DNA of 64,000 nucleotides, from NCBI GenBank assembly GCA_010909165.1, contig MU008178.1, positions 694,369-758,368 of the forward strand, written 5' to 3'. This document shows positions 61,192 to 64,000 of this stretch, piece by piece. The notes under the pieces are model-generated. The model did not search any database and was not told where the DNA came from. It saw nothing but the letters and a program-made list of their open reading frames with translations. The position numbers were made by a program, and so were the translations under genes. The stretch's first letter is position 1. The number at the start of each line of letters is the position of its first letter. Source of the DNA: Anthoceros angustus (taxonomy: Eukaryota > Plantae > Anthocerotophyta).

Positions 61192-62576
61192 TCACGCCCC
61201 GCCGCTCCCTCCTCTCCAAGCCGCTCGCTCCGAAGCCACCAAGAGTTGGCGTACCGCTTGCGACGCAGCAATGCTCCACCGCTCCTCGTGTTTTGTCACC
61301 TGTCCGTCCACATGCGGAAGCATCAAGGATTGGACGGCATCCGGAGCCGAACTGTGCCCATCTTCCCCTTTTACCCCGAGCACGCCAGCACGCCAGCACG
61401 CCAGCACGCAACCGAAGCAAGCAAGGAAGCATTGCATCACCAAACTCTCAGCATTACGCACGGACTGGGATAAGGGGAGATGAGAAAGTCTGCTCACCCT
61501 GGACCACCTATCAAGGTCGTAAGTAGTTGATCCGTCCACGCTGATGAAGGGCATCCACGGCAGGTTTATGAAAGTCCTGCAGAGAGGACCAGGCCACTGG
61601 TCACTGCCTACTTCACTCGTCACCGTCATATCTACTACGTGCCACGGCCGCTGTTTTTCCACTTACCTCAGCGTCCAGAAAGCGATGATGAACCTCCTCT
61701 CTCCCTCCTCCCCCTGCACTTCCACACCCCCCGACATGAATTCTTTTGGCTTCTTACTCTGCAGCGAGAATCACACACATGTAACACACGTCTGTCCTAT
61801 TCTGCACAGAATATCCACCTCAGCTATGCTCTTTAGCTCCAGGGATGGATCCACCAGAAACGGTACCAGAAGCTTCAGGTTTCTCTCGTACGTGTCCCTG
61901 CCTGGACACATCCACTGCAAATTTCTGCTTCTTCACCAACTCTCACAAATCCCCAGGATTGGCCAGGGCTTATCCACCATACCTGTAAAGCTAATCGTCG
62001 GATCCTTGAACACGCATTGCTCTGTGTACAGCTCACGCGTGAACTCCCCTGCCAAATCGAGATTTAGAAGCGGCCGGCATGTGCCAACTTGCGGCCACAG
62101 TAGCGTTCGGAATCTCTCGTAAACCTGTTAGGAAATATGCGCGAGCATAATCGGCTGTGAGGATCCGCACAGGATCCAGAATGGCTTCTGCTTCTGCTTC
62201 GGCTTCGGCTTCTGCTTCTGCTTCTGTGATGCTGCCAGGGGGCGACCTGCCGAGAAACAATGCTCATCAAACCCTGTACAAGCATGCCAGTTCCATGTGC
62301 ACAATCAAGCATAAGCTGAACGACCGCACGATGGCACACATGCCTGCTCGCCTGGCTGCTGGAGAATCCCCGTAGCAGCTCCGTCGCGGCAGCCACAGCC
62401 AGCCGCAGAATCACAGGCTCCGGCTTGGGTAAAGAGCACACAAGCTGACCGTGCTGCCGCCTGTCGCTTCCTACCCTTCTCAGCTGAAGCTTCCTGCCGT
62501 TAATTCCACACTCTTTCCAGTTCAAATTGATCCGAGGCGTCTGGGATAGCAGAGGGCTGCTCATCGTGTCGGCCAT
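61192..62576 (-). CDS. DUF2358 / SnoaL-like protein, probably plastid-targeted, about 7 exons
   Basis: ILTADYARAYFLTG, EFTRELYTEQCVFKDPTISFTG, YERNLKLLVPFLVDPSLEL, LPWMPFISVDGSTTYDLD and VTKHEERWSI. The first intron is modelled as GC-AG. Confidence 0.85.
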
Positions 62577-62677
62577 GGAAGATGGAACCCAAAAGCCCTC
62601 CTTTTGTATCTAGAGTGTATCAATTGTTGCGCGTCATCATCGTTTACTGAGTTCGTCAGGGTTTCCGCACCGCTGTT

Positions 62678-64000
62678 ATGGATCAAGCTGGGCCATTTTT
62701 TGGTGGACTGGATGCCACGATTATCGTGATCAACCTTCACTCAGAGCCTCCAGGGCCCAAGGGTGTGGAAAGTCATGGTGAGGACAGCGAGGCTGGGAGT
62801 GGGATGAACGTGGTCAATTACGACGACAGAGAACATTCTTCCGTTGCACACGCCGTGGTGGACGCCTGGGACTTGGGTCCTGACCAGTGGGCCGCTCTGG
62901 CTTTGACTCAAGGATGCTCCATCCGTGTGCACAAAGCATTGTATGTCGTTTTGACTCACTGGCATTCAGTAACGTGAAGACGTGCATGTGAAGGGTGGGA
63001 AGAATTTCATCGATCTCTACCTATCTTTCCATGTTGCTGCAGATTGGCTCGTGAGTCGACTTACTTTCGTTCCCTCTTCGGCAACTTCAGGTGATTCTCC
63101 GCTGCCTGCTTGGAACCTCAAACCTGTTTAGACCATCTTTTCTCTTCGCTCAAGTTAGGTTCAACGTTGCAGAGGCAGCCGTCGAGATGTTTCTATTACG
63201 AAGCTATGCCACGGCCTGCTTGTTTTTGAGGCTGTTCTGCTGTTACTGTTAGTGTGGCTTCAGGGAATCCCGAAGCGTTGCTATTGGTGTTAATTGGGAT
63301 GTGGCAACGTTCATCACATTTCTACAGTTTCTTCACTGTGGGAAGCTCGAGGTCTCCCCTGGAAACGTTGTGAGCCTGCTAGAGGTAAGGCAGTTGACAT
63401 GGCTGAACCGCAAGAGGCAATACTTGGTGTCGGAAACATGGAACTTCAAATTCTGAATAGCATGTAGCAGGGAGCTGCATTTTTTGCGATCGACAAAGTG
63501 CTTGGACAAGTCGACTCGTGGGCAGCTAAGTCAATGCTGACTGAAGAGCCGATCGATGGAAACGTCTTAGGAATCACTCCGGTATTGTGGAGTTCCGCCA
63601 AGGAAGTTGGTAAGTCCTCTGCAGACAACGAATAATGGCCAGTATGACCTGCCATTTCCACTCTCCTTGGCATTCTCATTCATACTTTCTTCATGCTGAA
63701 TGCAGGAGCCTCTGCACTTCTGGAAATTTGCGTGGAGAGTTTTTCCATTCACTTTGTCAGTGCTTATCCTCTCTTCTGTAATCTGCTTATCGACAAATAT
63801 GGTGGTCTTTCGTCTAGGTGATATCTTGTGGCATGTGTCTGATCAGACTACAATTTGCTGGCAGGTAGCTGGAATATGTTTGGAGGGTTTTGAGAATCTT
63901 CCATCCTCTTTCCTAAATGCCTGCCTCGGTCACCCCCAGCTGACTGTGCACAGGTGCTGAGGGTGTTGCCATTTTGAGAATTTGAGTTCATCCTTGAGAA
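62678..64000 (+). CDS. BTB/POZ-domain protein (FBL11-like), 5' part only
   Basis: Exon 1 ..WDL..CSIRVHK; exon RLARESTYFRSLFGNF (~63042-63090); exon WDVATFITFLQFLHCGKLEVSPGNVVSLLE (~63264-63384). One apparent frame discontinuity; the 3' end is not resolved. Confidence 0.65.

Noticed and set aside
21640-64000. KAI2 (SCF-linked), cereblon (CUL4) and BTB (CUL3) as a ubiquitin-receptor cluster
   Set aside because: They are spread over 40 kb with unrelated genes and TEs between them, and such genes are abundant in plant genomes.

Overview
Eukaryotic, land-plant nuclear DNA. The compact genes with ~80-130 bp introns and GC-rich exons look like a non-seed plant such as a hornwort, but this is inference only. 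The left ~11 kb is decayed transposons: CACTA Tnp2, an RLE-type non-LTR fragment and LTR remnants. Next come three minus-strand genes: an 11-exon trehalose-6-phosphate phosphatase, an intronless KAI2 and an intact clan-71 cytochrome P450. At 26.7-42.8 kb lies a rearranged graveyard of P450 fragments. One fragment is split by a 12.6 kb Copia element with non-canonical TA...TA LTR ends and a CCACA target duplication. That element carries a solo LTR, a ~161 bp tandem array, an antisense coiled-coil block and a near-intact PIF/Harbinger transposon. A structurally complete U1 snRNA gene sits among the fragments. The right third is gene dense: plastid FBPase II-like, RmlD/MAT2B-like SDR, cereblon, a MYBS3/KUA1-type MYB, DUF2358, and a BTB protein (FBL11-like) running off the end. 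I found no demonstrable new biological system. The best leads are the TA...TA Copia and its unexplained antisense cargo, the KAI2-P450 neighbourhood with its P450 duplication history, the TPP leader architecture, the RLE LINE and the U1 gene. Splice models and identities were read by eye and are unverified.
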